A program made the position numbers and the translations under genes. Positions 22,241-33,118 of a DNA stretch of 64,000 nucleotides are shown piece by piece; position 1 is the first letter of the stretch; every line of letters begins with the position of its first letter. Origin of the DNA: Piromyces finnis finn (Eukaryota; Fungi; Neocallimastigomycota). The stretch spans positions 63,316 through 127,315 of the forward strand of contig MCFH01000089.1 in the NCBI GenBank assembly GCA_002104945.1, given 5' to 3'. The notes below the pieces were generated by a model. It was given only the letters and a program-made list of their open reading frames with translations, searched no databases and had not been told where the DNA came from.

Positions 22241-25200
22241 TTACCTATGCTTATTACTAGTAGGAGTTTTATGAGTTGGTTTACTTGTTTTAGTAACAGG
22301 CTTTATTGTCTTGTGTGGAGTAGTAGAACTAACTTTAGAGTTGTAGTTGATAAGTTTATCATCTACTTCAATATTGTTAGAAATAGGTTCATCAAACGCA
22401 TCAAATACATTAACTTTACTTAACAGTTCAGTAGTTCCCTTAAAAGACTTATAACTCGAAACCAGTTCACTATACATATTTTTATCGACTTTTCCTGTAA
22501 CTTTTATTATTTCATTTACACTATGGCTCATATCTTTTTTTATTGTTTTTACACAACTACTAAATTCTTCTTTGGTATTATAATTAGGATTTTCGCTGTT
22601 ACTACCAACTTCTTTATATAACTTTTTGGCATCATCAATAGATTCGATTTTGTCAAATTTTTTACTGCTAATTTTATTATAGTTTGTTGCTACTTTATTT
22701 GCATTTTTTAATTTGGTTTGTTCATAGGTTTCAATATTATTTATACTGTCACTTTTATCTTTGACCTTACTTAGGAAATTATTTATATTTGATAATGTAT
22801 CTAAATCATTAACATCATCCACATTTCTGAAAAATGATGGTTCGTGCTTTATTAATTTATATTTCATTTTATTGCAACGCTTTATATCTATTAATTGATA
22901 TCTTCCGGTGGATTCATCTGTAAATATAACCATGGCGTCGGATTTAGATTTAATTACATCATTAATTATAATTTCCAAATCTTCTGTCCTAGGTTCGACT
23001 ACTTCTAAATTTCCAAATCTGTATTTTGTAATACCATTGCCATCTTTGTTTACATAATTTTCAACTTTTCCTTTAATGTGTGGGAAGTTTTTACGATTCT
23101 CTTCAATAATCTTATCTAACCCTTTATATAATAATTTTACACGTAGATAATTTAATCGATCAGATAATGTCGAATCATCATTTATATTTATACGTTCTAA
23201 AGAATCAAAATTGTTAGATTTACTTACTGCTGTTGATATGACTTCATCGTAATTGTTTATCAAGTCAATTAAATGAAGGGCTTCTTCATTATGACCTTCT
23301 GGTTGCTCGTAGTTATTGAAACGTTCTATTTTTTCTTTTATTTTAGAAGCAATATCCTTAATCTCGTTAGTCATCTCATCTGAAATGTTATTATCAGAAC
23401 TTCCATCAATATCATTTATAAGCTTACTCTTTAAACTATCAAAATATTCTTTAACATATAAATTTTCGGAATTATTTATTATAAAGTCTTTTACATCATC
23501 CAAGTTTTTAATGACGTGGTTTAAATTAAGCTTATTGGTCGACTCAACATTCGATTTATTTAAATCTTTGGTTTTAATTCTGTGTTTCTCGATTAATCCT
23601 CTTATTTCTGAATCCCCTTCTGAATAGACTTCTTCAAACTTTTCGACTAAACTATCTTTCAATTTATAAACCATTTCTGAATTATTTACGTATTCCGCAT
23701 CGGCATTACTGTAGTTCTCTTTATCAAATATACTTTCTAAATAATCAATTTTGTGATATAAATTTATCAAATAATTCCTAATTTCAGTATCTTCTTTGTC
23801 CACATCATTTATATTTTTAAATATTTCTAATATCTGCTTAAATTCTTCAGTCCTATCAGCATCATCCATACTATTTTTGTCAAAATTGTGAATCATTAAT
23901 GAATTATCAATGACATTTTCACTAACATTAATAAAGTTGTATACATCTCCCAAAATACTACGTAATATTTCATCAGCATATAATGATTGAGATTCAATAT
24001 CTGGTTTTATAATTGCGTTTATTTTATTATTGTTTATTTCTAATTCACCATAGCTACCTTTATACACTTCAAGAGCTTTGTTAAATAAATATTCCATTTC
24101 GTGCAATTTCTCTTCATTAATATTAATCAGCGACTTGTCTTCTGAATACTCAGACTTTGAATATTTGTAATGGTACCCATTGATCGTTTCATAAAGTCCT
24201 TTAATAAACTTTTTACTTTCTTCTTCACTCATTTCATTAATGTGATCTTGAAAACTGTTCACGCTTATTTCTAAGACATTAACTATCGATTCAGCATTTT
24301 TACACAATTGGTTAGGTTCGGAAATAACGTTATTTTCGGAATCAATCAATATATTTTCGGAATCGTACATTTTAACTATACTTAATGTTGAATGTAATGA
24401 CTTTTCAATATTATAATTTCTGGATATCGTCATCGAAATTGAACAACTACCACCTGTTGCCCTTTTTCTCAACTTACTAACGCCACATTGATTAATTTTC
24501 GCATTACTTATTTGATTAATCGAATTATGCAATTTAACGTTATCAACAAGATCATTAAAATTACCATTTAACTCTTCGTTACTATCAAAATGAAGCAATC
24601 CTTTATACGATGGATATTTCAATTTTTCTAAGATGATTTTGTTATAATTATCAATTACAAAAAATTCTTCGAATGTTAATTTATTGGAACCCTCGTCAAT
24701 CGTTTCTAAATCAATGTTTCTACTTACCAACAAATTATTGGTAATTTCGTTCATGGATAAATTATTTGGGTCTGTTTCACTACATATGATGTTATTATCT
24801 CCATCCTTATTATCTGCTAGCATGGCACGGAAAACTCTAGCGTCAATAACATTAAGGCAAAATTTACTATCAAGATTTTCACCGTACTTATCTTGAATAA
24901 TGGTATCTTCAGAAACATCATCAGCACTTAAACTATAATCTTCCGGATTTAAAATCGTTCCATCAGATAATTTAAATTTAATACCACATTCAGCAAAAAG
25001 ACCTATACCTGTTTTTATTACGTACTGATCATCAAAATCAAAGTCTTTGTTATACATATCGCTATTAATTTTCATTAAATTTATTAATTTATAACTCATT
25101 TCATTATACTCATTATCACTATTAATTTCGTAAATATAATCATCAACATTACTTAATGTAAATGCATGTATGGTCTTTTCGGAAATATCATCATTTATAA

Positions 25201-28200
25201 TAAAGGAATAATTATTTATTGTATTACCGTCATTATCTGTATTTTCATGAGCAATAACATTGAAAGAAATTTTATTATTGTCAATATCATTAAAATTATT
25301 ATTATTATTATTATTATCACTATTACTATCTTCATGTTTATTTGTAAAATGTTGCTTACAAAGCGGTGATTTAATACAACCAATTGCTATTGCTTTAAAT
25401 AAATCATCGTTTATATTAACATTTCCATTATCATCTAAATCATTTACATCTTTGATACTCCATTGATTTTTAATATTTGTATTTAATAAATCAAATGAAT
25501 TTATATCAGTTTCTTCATCAATATTATTATTACTTATGAATCCTTTAAACATATTATCAAAATCGGTATTTGATGATAAATAATAGTTTTTTTCTTCAAA
25601 AGGTGTATCCTTGTTTTGATTAATTAATAAATTAAGTATATTATGATTATTAAGTAATTCGGTTGGATTCACATTAAACTCTCCATTTTCATCCATTGAA
25701 TTTGAAAAATATTCTAAAAAGGCAATTTGCGATAATGAATATAATGTTTTATACTTGTTATCGAGTTCTTCACCTTCTAATCCTCTCAAACTTGGAATAA
25801 TATCTTTAATCGTTAATTCAACCTTTTCACCATTATTCATTACATTAATTTTCATTAATTCCTCTTTTCCTTCTTCATTTATCGTTTTTACTAATGTCCC
25901 ATCAACATTTCCTGCTGCAAGTATTAATAATGATAATTTATCATATGTAATCTGTATCAAATTTGATGAATCAGATGGTATCTTTTTAGCAACTTTATCA
26001 ACAATTTCGATAATATTTTCATTATTTCCATTTGTAATCTTAATATTATTTATTAAATCACTTTTCATTTCTATTTTATTTAAAAATACATCACTTTCAC
26101 TCGGCAACTCTTTACTTTGATTTATAGTATCAATCATATCGTTATAATCCCCAATTAAATAAATAAGATTAATCGAATTCTGTTCAAGCTGGGTTTGTCC
26201 ATCATTCAATCTTGCTTGTTCTCCTTTTGATTCAATGAATGTTTTTATTTCATTAATTGTATTGAATGAATTTTCATCTAATACCGGTTCTGTTGATTTT
26301 TTTATACTTGTCTCCAGTCCTTTAAAGATATACTTTTTATTATCAGGAGAAATAAAATCATCCTTAATTACATCTATTATATTTGTGTTTTCTAAACGTT
26401 CAAATTCAGGTACTCTCAAATTATTATTGTCGGGATTTAAATCAACATTAGATGCCTCATCTCTATTAATTTTCCCTAATTTAATTTCAAGTGAATTATG
26501 TAAATAATTAGTAATTTCACTGTTTAATACTGGCTTATCATTAAAGAAAATTTCAACTTTATTGGCTTCATTTAATTTTCTTAAATCGGAATCAATTCCT
26601 TCTAATTCTTCTAATTCACTACTGGATAGATTAGATAAATCTAGAGAATTAATTTGTTCCGTTAATTTCTTAATTGCATCAACCAAATTTTCTGAGTTAA
26701 AAACTATCGTTTTATGATCAATTTCTGAAGAAATTTTACCCTCATTATATTTTACACCTAAACTAATACTTTTATCCTTATTTACCAGTTTGACAAGTTT
26801 TTCAACACTTTTAATCAGGTTTTCTTTTCCTAGCTTTGATTGTGCATCTAATAAATTTAAATCGCTCTCGGCATCATCAATATCATTTGTACCATATTTT
26901 TCAATATACATATTTTTAATTTTAATGTAATCATTTTGCATGTTTGTTATATCGTTTTCTGAAATGTTATCCATACGTTTATCATCTATATGCTCTGAAG
27001 ATGTAATTGCTTTTACATAATAGTTTAAAACTAAATTCAATTTTGAAATGTAGTCGTTACTTTCGTCTTTATTTAAATTGTCGGCAAAATTTTCAAAACT
27101 TTCAATTAATTTACTCCAAACGTCTTTTTCATTAATGCCATTACCATCCAAATCATTATTGTCATTAATTTCTACACCTATACTCTTCAATGTATCAATA
27201 TTTTGGTTAATTACATTTTCAATATCTACATCATATCTTATTTTGGCACACGTTTTACATGATAATTCTTGACGTTTTATTAATGATCTTTTTTTACTTT
27301 TGGATATTTTTCCTCTATTGCAAGCATTACTTACTCCCAAATTGTTAATATACCTATAAGATTTGTCTATGTATGGTTGATGTTTATTATCAAAAGATAC
27401 AAGTCTTAATGTTTGATCCAAACTTGACGAATTTACTTCTTCGAAATTAAAATATGATGACATACCAAATAATAAATACTTCTTATATTGTAAATTTAAA
27501 TCATTTATATCATTACCATCATCATTAACAATATTTTGTGATAATTCAAGCATATCATAAAATTTTATCTTACTATTCAATTTATCATCAGTACTACTAT
27601 AACTGCAAATAAAATTATTATTAATATTTATATCCTTATTACTATAATATTTATCCTTCAATTCAGTATTTTCCTTTAAATATTGTGTAATTTTATTTTG
27701 CAAACCATCATTTAAAGACGTACCACTATTTGCTGCTGATAAAATTTCTACAATTTCATTTTGATTAAATGATCCTTGATGATTGCTTAAATAATCACTA
27801 AGTCTGATTTTTTCCTCATCTGATAATATTTTGTTTGATTTAACATCCAACAATAATTTTATAATACCTGTAGAATCAATATTATTAAATATATCTGTAC
27901 AAGTTTTAATAATGGCATTACATTTATCATTCATATCCTTTATTAAATCATTCATATTACTAGAAGTCTTGGTATATATTTCGATATTATTAATATTTAA
28001 TGAATTAAATATATTTTTTTTGGCAATTTTTAATTGTGTTTCTTTTGTTACTTTACCTTTTTTAGCATTTATTCTATCTGATTCCTTTCCAAGATTATCA
28101 TGTAATACGGAATGAATATTAAGTAAATTGTCTGCAATATTATTTCTATAATTGGCAATTAATTTTCCTGTATTCTTATCAAATTTAATTTTTTTATTAT

Positions 28201-30394
28201 TATTCTGATTATCATTCTGATTATTATTCTGATTATCATTCTGATTATTATTCTGATTATTATTATCAATATATGGATTATATATTTTATTTAATTCATT
28301 TAAATTAAATTCAGCATTACCGAGTTTATTCAAAAGATTATGTGTATCTACATATATTTTTCCTAAATTATTTTGCAAATGGTTTAATAACCAATGATTT
28401 GGATTACTTAATGGAATATCTACCAACCTTCCATTTTCAATGGTATTAGCTAACTCTTCTAAATGAGTGTTTAAGTTTAGATTCTTACCTGGATTTAATA
28501 TGTTTAATTTTCCTGAAACTGTCAAATCATTCTGTGCTAAATTTTTAGCAATTCCACGTCTGTTAAATGTATTTTCTGAATTTGTAAAACGATATCCTTC
28601 AATATCATTTAATTTCTCTGAATTTCCAAATTCAATTTTATTTACTTGAGGCACATGAATTTCTTCATCTCTATTTCTTAAAACAAATTCGCATTTAACT
28701 AATAAATCTATGTTATCAACCTTAACATATCCATTATTATCAAGTTTATCAGAAAATGGGAAATGTGATTCTCTATTGTAAAACTTATTATCATGTATTG
28801 CTTCGTAATTTAATTTTCGACTATTTATAACTTTATGGATTTTATTTTTTATATCATTACTTAAAGAATCGCTATTGTCAGTTGAACTTAAAATTCTATC
28901 AATATCATCATTATCGAGAATTTCATTTTGTGTTTGCAGATAATTATACAAAGTAGTTTTCTCATCATTCGATATTTTTTCATTATTTGAATGTTTATTT
29001 AATACTTTCACTAATATTTTCCCTATTTCATCACTGTTATTTTGTTTTTCAAATTTTTTTTGCTCAGACTCTAAAACACCTATGATTTTTTCTTTAATAC
29101 TTACCTCAATATCTGCATTATTGTTTAAACTGGGTTTCGCTTCATCCATTAATACATTTACAGAATTATAAAATAAATAGCTAGATAATCTCTGAATTTG
29201 TTGTTCTGTTAAATGATCTATATCTTTATCTTTTAAGTATGCTCTAATTTCATCTTCAATTGAAATATACATATCATCGTAAAAAGCACTTCCATTGGGA
29301 TTTTCCTTAATTTCTGTACGTTTTTTATCATCCTTAATTTTTCTTGCTTCATCTATTTGACTTTCGGCTATTTTATAAATTTTATTAGAAAAATCATCAA
29401 TTTGAAAATTATAATCATTATATAAAGTAATGTGATTGTAATAATATGATACTTTTTCACTATAACTTTCATCATGTTCATAATTACCATTAATTTCTTT
29501 CACTGTAATTGCTCTTATTACTTTATCATTTTTTACATCATTTACAATTAAATGATATCTCGGATCATGATCTAATGAACCAATATCATCACTGGTGGTT
29601 TTAACTATTGAAATTTGAATTTCTTTATAAATTCTAGAGTTAAGTTTATCTTCTTTAACATTATCAAAAATACTTTTACAACTTTGTTCATTTCTACAAC
29701 ATTTAATAAAAGAATTTATTAACTTTTTACTAACATTTGGATAATTATCGATATCAGGATTTTTATTTTTATCATATTGATTTGCTGTAGGTAATTCTAT
29801 TTCGTATAAAGTATTACTCTTAACAGCTTCAACAAAAACAGTAATAAATTTGTTTAAATTATTTTCAGAAGTTGTAGCAATTACTGGATATATATATATA
29901 TCATTATTATTACCATTATTAAATAAACTTTTTAATAATGAATCCTCATTATCTATTAAATTTCCATATATATCTAAATTATTAAGAACATTATTAATTT
30001 TATTTCTTAATAAGGCAATATTATCATCGTTTACTTCATTCAAATCTTCAACATCAAAAATTTTATTAACAACATTTTTGGCTACAGGAAAAATCTCGTA
30101 TTTGAAATATTCATAAGCATCTTTATTAGACATAGTTCTTAACTTTGGAATAATATCATAAATGTTACCTTTAATAATTTTATTTTCATTAGTCCCAATC
30201 TCAAACTCAATTGGACTAGAATTTATATCATTTGGATCAGAAAGTTTAGGGCCACATTCACTTATTTGAACACATGATTTATCTGCAACTCCTAAAATTA
30301 ATAATGATAATTCATACAGATAATGATTGTGAGAATTGCAATAACATTTTATAATTAAAAATGTTAAGAATAATAATAAATATTTTATATTCAT
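22241..30394 (-). CDS. 2717-aa secreted, internally duplicated protein of unknown function
   Basis: 8.1-kb uninterrupted ORF with a signal peptide, two homologous halves, and two Cys-flanked dibasic loops. Confidence 0.8.
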   Translation of the reverse strand: MNIKYLLLFLTFLIIKCYCNSHNHYLYELSLLILGVADKSCVQISECGPKLSDPNDINSSPIEFEIGTNENKIIKGNIYDIIPKLRTMSNKDAYEYFKYEIFPVAKNVVNKIFDVEDLNEVNDDNIALLRNKINNVLNNLDIYGNLIDNEDSLLKSLFNNGNNNDIYIYPVIATTSENNLNKFITVFVEAVKSNTLYEIELPTANQYDKNKNPDIDNYPNVSKKLINSFIKCCRNEQSCKSIFDNVKEDKLNSRIYKEIQISIVKTTSDDIGSLDHDPRYHLIVNDVKNDKVIRAITVKEINGNYEHDESYSEKVSYYYNHITLYNDYNFQIDDFSNKIYKIAESQIDEARKIKDDKKRTEIKENPNGSAFYDDMYISIEDEIRAYLKDKDIDHLTEQQIQRLSSYLFYNSVNVLMDEAKPSLNNNADIEVSIKEKIIGVLESEQKKFEKQNNSDEIGKILVKVLNKHSNNEKISNDEKTTLYNYLQTQNEILDNDDIDRILSSTDNSDSLSNDIKNKIHKVINSRKLNYEAIHDNKFYNRESHFPFSDKLDNNGYVKVDNIDLLVKCEFVLRNRDEEIHVPQVNKIEFGNSEKLNDIEGYRFTNSENTFNRRGIAKNLAQNDLTVSGKLNILNPGKNLNLNTHLEELANTIENGRLVDIPLSNPNHWLLNHLQNNLGKIYVDTHNLLNKLGNAEFNLNELNKIYNPYIDNNNQNNNQNDNQNNNQNDNQNNNKKIKFDKNTGKLIANYRNNIADNLLNIHSVLHDNLGKESDRINAKKGKVTKETQLKIAKKNIFNSLNINNIEIYTKTSSNMNDLIKDMNDKCNAIIKTCTDIFNNIDSTGIIKLLLDVKSNKILSDEEKIRLSDYLSNHQGSFNQNEIVEILSAANSGTSLNDGLQNKITQYLKENTELKDKYYSNKDININNNFICSYSSTDDKLNSKIKFYDMLELSQNIVNDDGNDINDLNLQYKKYLLFGMSSYFNFEEVNSSSLDQTLRLVSFDNKHQPYIDKSYRYINNLGVSNACNRGKISKSKKRSLIKRQELSCKTCAKIRYDVDIENVINQNIDTLKSIGVEINDNNDLDGNGINEKDVWSKLIESFENFADNLNKDESNDYISKLNLVLNYYVKAITSSEHIDDKRMDNISENDITNMQNDYIKIKNMYIEKYGTNDIDDAESDLNLLDAQSKLGKENLIKSVEKLVKLVNKDKSISLGVKYNEGKISSEIDHKTIVFNSENLVDAIKKLTEQINSLDLSNLSSSELEELEGIDSDLRKLNEANKVEIFFNDKPVLNSEITNYLHNSLEIKLGKINRDEASNVDLNPDNNNLRVPEFERLENTNIIDVIKDDFISPDNKKYIFKGLETSIKKSTEPVLDENSFNTINEIKTFIESKGEQARLNDGQTQLEQNSINLIYLIGDYNDMIDTINQSKELPSESDVFLNKIEMKSDLINNIKITNGNNENIIEIVDKVAKKIPSDSSNLIQITYDKLSLLILAAGNVDGTLVKTINEEGKEELMKINVMNNGEKVELTIKDIIPSLRGLEGEELDNKYKTLYSLSQIAFLEYFSNSMDENGEFNVNPTELLNNHNILNLLINQNKDTPFEEKNYYLSSNTDFDNMFKGFISNNNIDEETDINSFDLLNTNIKNQWSIKDVNDLDDNGNVNINDDLFKAIAIGCIKSPLCKQHFTNKHEDSNSDNNNNNNNFNDIDNNKISFNVIAHENTDNDGNTINNYSFIINDDISEKTIHAFTLSNVDDYIYEINSDNEYNEMSYKLINLMKINSDMYNKDFDFDDQYVIKTGIGLFAECGIKFKLSDGTILNPEDYSLSADDVSEDTIIQDKYGENLDSKFCLNVIDARVFRAMLADNKDGDNNIICSETDPNNLSMNEITNNLLVSRNIDLETIDEGSNKLTFEEFFVIDNYNKIILEKLKYPSYKGLLHFDSNEELNGNFNDLVDNVKLHNSINQISNAKINQCGVSKLRKRATGGSCSISMTISRNYNIEKSLHSTLSIVKMYDSENILIDSENNVISEPNQLCKNAESIVNVLEISVNSFQDHINEMSEEESKKFIKGLYETINGYHYKYSKSEYSEDKSLININEEKLHEMEYLFNKALEVYKGSYGELEINNNKINAIIKPDIESQSLYADEILRSILGDVYNFINVSENVIDNSLMIHNFDKNSMDDADRTEEFKQILEIFKNINDVDKEDTEIRNYLINLYHKIDYLESIFDKENYSNADAEYVNNSEMVYKLKDSLVEKFEEVYSEGDSEIRGLIEKHRIKTKDLNKSNVESTNKLNLNHVIKNLDDVKDFIINNSENLYVKEYFDSLKSKLINDIDGSSDNNISDEMTNEIKDIASKIKEKIERFNNYEQPEGHNEEALHLIDLINNYDEVISTAVSKSNNFDSLERININDDSTLSDRLNYLRVKLLYKGLDKIIEENRKNFPHIKGKVENYVNKDGNGITKYRFGNLEVVEPRTEDLEIIINDVIKSKSDAMVIFTDESTGRYQLIDIKRCNKMKYKLIKHEPSFFRNVDDVNDLDTLSNINNFLSKVKDKSDSINNIETYEQTKLKNANKVATNYNKISSKKFDKIESIDDAKKLYKEVGSNSENPNYNTKEEFSSCVKTIKKDMSHSVNEIIKVTGKVDKNMYSELVSSYKSFKGTTELLSKVNVFDAFDEPISNNIEVDDKLINYNSKVSSTTPHKTIKPVTKTSKPTHKTPTSNKHR
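28195..28265. repeat. 12-bp coding tandem repeat (QNNN/QNDN)
   Basis: ttattattctga/ttatcattctga units are visible. Confidence 0.85.
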
Positions 30395-30429
30395 TATGTA
30401 TAAGTTTGGAAATAAAAATTTATTTAATA

Positions 30430-30476
30430 AATCATTTTATGAAATAAAAAAATAAAAAATAAATATTAAAATGATT
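30430..30476. promoter_or_regulatory. Divergent pair of TAAAATGATT motifs (30430-30439 minus, for the 2717-aa gene; 30467-30476 plus, for the 585-aa gene)
   Basis: Same back-to-back layout as 4525-4612. Confidence 0.6.
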
Positions 30477-30856
30477 TATTAAAAAAATATTATAAATAAA
30501 ATAGATTTGTTAAATATACCTTAATCTATTTGTGTTAAATATCATATAAAATACTTTAATCGTTAATTTATTATATTACATAATAAATAAGATATTACTC
30601 TTTGCTTTGCTTATTGTAATTATCATAAAAAATAAAATATTAAACTTTAATATAAATTAAATATATATTATTATATATAAATTATTAATATAAAAAATTT
30701 AAACCAATTATATACAATTATTTTTAATTTTAATTAAATTAATAATAAAGTTTAAAATATTTGATGCCGTTAAAAAAAAAAAAAAAAAAATACAATTATT
30801 TTTGATAATAACCCTTTAAAAAATATTTTCTAATTATATAATAATTTTTTTTTTAA

Positions 30857-32614
30857 ATGAGTAGTAGCAAAGAAAGGAATACCGAGTTATTCTATAAAGA
30901 ATTAGAGAAAGAAGACTGTGATCCTGATTATTTATTGGAACTATCTCAAAAAGGAATTTTTTTAATAAAGCCATTATTTGAATATGAATCAATAAAATAT
31001 CATGAAAACGTTGTCGATATAAGTTTGATAAGTCAACAATTTTTTATTATTTTTAACGATAAACAATATGAAAGATTTATGCAAATTTCTTTTACTGATA
31101 AATACCAAAAATATGTAATTTTGGGTACTTATCATATGTATATCTATGATTTACTAATAATTAACAAATTTTTTATTAATAAATTACTGGAAGAATCAAG
31201 AAGAGACATATTAGTAAAATTTATAAAAAATATCAATATAGTTTTCTACATTTATTTTTTGTATAAATATAATATACTTACAGATATAAAAATACCCTCA
31301 TCCATCAAAGATGAATCACTTAGATATGAATTATATCCAAGTATTTTATTTGTACTATTCGAAGATTACTTTTATTTGGATGGAAAACATAATATAAAAA
31401 ATGTTACTAAATATATTTCCGAAGAAAAATTAATTAATAATATATTTTTAGTATTTGGAAGAGATATTACTGTTTTAGATTATTTAATACAAAATTTTGA
31501 TTGTATAAATGATATTGACTGTAGTTGTTTTTATAGAATGCATTTAAATTTTCCTATGAAAATAATTTCAAAATATTCCAAAAAAATATTTAAGCCTAAT
31601 TTATTAAAATTTAAATGTGAAAATAAAGCAATTGAAAATTATGTAAATGATTTATATTCTGATAAATCTTTAGATTATGTTAAAGGGTGTAATTTATATT
31701 TAGAATTTCATGATTATTTTGATAACATTGATATTAAAAAAACACCAATTGATTATACTGTTGAAAATTTTGATAAATTTAAAGAAAAAATTTCGATTGG
31801 TGGTTATAAATATAACGAAAATATCAATTTTAATAATAAAGATATATTTGTATTTGAAAATAGAGAGGAAACGAAAATTCAAGAAATAATAAATTTAAAT
31901 GACTATGTTATTAAAGAAGAGTCTGATTTTGATGACTTTTATTATGACAGTGAAGATTCTTGTTATTATATCGATATTAAAAATGAAAATGAAAAAGAAG
32001 AAAATAATGAACCTGATAATAGACTTTTGAAAATTAATGAAATCTTAACTTATGAATATGATAGTCTTAGTGAGTTTTACGAAAATTTTTATGAATCTAT
32101 GTCTTGCTTATTATTTTATTATTTAATTCTTTGTGATAATGATAGAGTAGAAAAAATATTAAAAGATCCTAATTATATATTACATTTGAAAATTGAAGAA
32201 TTAATAGAAGATCCAAATCATTATTATAATTCAGAGTTTGATAAAACTTCACAATATAATTTTGAAATAATGAAAAATATTTGTTATATAGCTTCCTTAG
32301 TATATAATAAAGCACCCGACTTTGTAATACATTTACTATGTTATGAATTAAATCCAACATTCGTAGAATATAAAGATAATAAAATCAATATTGTATATTT
32401 TTGTAACCATGAATTTATATCACCACGCTTTTTATCTGATAATTTTTATATTTACGCTCTTATACAAATAATTATAAATAGAACTTCAAATGAAATTTTT
32501 AATAATCTATTCATTACATTTAAAAAGGATCTCCTTTTTCACAAAATAGCTGATGATTATGTTAAAGATATTTTAGAAACTTGCTCTATTTATCATATCA
32601 TACGAAAAATATAA
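30857..32614 (+). CDS. 585-aa hypothetical intracellular protein
   Basis: Long ORF in AT-rich DNA; no signal peptide or recognisable motif; divergent from the 2717-aa gene. Confidence 0.75.
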   Translation: MSSSKERNTELFYKELEKEDCDPDYLLELSQKGIFLIKPLFEYESIKYHENVVDISLISQQFFIIFNDKQYERFMQISFTDKYQKYVILGTYHMYIYDLLIINKFFINKLLEESRRDILVKFIKNINIVFYIYFLYKYNILTDIKIPSSIKDESLRYELYPSILFVLFEDYFYLDGKHNIKNVTKYISEEKLINNIFLVFGRDITVLDYLIQNFDCINDIDCSCFYRMHLNFPMKIISKYSKKIFKPNLLKFKCENKAIENYVNDLYSDKSLDYVKGCNLYLEFHDYFDNIDIKKTPIDYTVENFDKFKEKISIGGYKYNENINFNNKDIFVFENREETKIQEIINLNDYVIKEESDFDDFYYDSEDSCYYIDIKNENEKEENNEPDNRLLKINEILTYEYDSLSEFYENFYESMSCLLFYYLILCDNDRVEKILKDPNYILHLKIEELIEDPNHYYNSEFDKTSQYNFEIMKNICYIASLVYNKAPDFVIHLLCYELNPTFVEYKDNKINIVYFCNHEFISPRFLSDNFYIYALIQIIINRTSNEIFNNLFITFKKDLLFHKIADDYVKDILETCSIYHIIRKI

Positions 32615-33118
32615 TTTCTTAATTAGTTTAATAAAAAAAAAGTTAATTTATATAAGCTTTCATACTTGTTTATAATATAAACCATAATTAATTCCTTTAA
32701 ATAAAATATGAAATAGTTATTTCTAAGTGAAAATATTTATTTAAAAAGTTTAAAGAATATTAAGAAATTATTTATAAGTTAATATTACATTAATGAAAAT
32801 ATTTGGCTATTTGTAATTAAATGATTTACAATGTTATATACATAGGAATTATAGTACTAATTTATTATTCGATTTGAAATATAATTATATAAATAATTAT
32901 GTGTATTTGTTTTTTTTTTAAAAAAACTTTTAATAATATATTTATTTTAACTTGATAATTATCAACAAATAATAAAACTGATAAAAAAAAAGGAATAGAT
33001 TTTATGTCAATAGGCTTTATTTAATTATTTTCAAATGTTAAAATTCTATTATTATCATTTTTTTTTAAAAAAAAATAACAAAATTCATATATTTAAAATG
33101 TCATTAAAACATTTCTTA

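Noticed and set aside
31041-31047. Vaccinia TTTTTNT early termination signal
   Set aside because: Occurs on the sense strand inside long ORFs (e.g. TTTTTAT at 31041), so it cannot be a strict terminator here.
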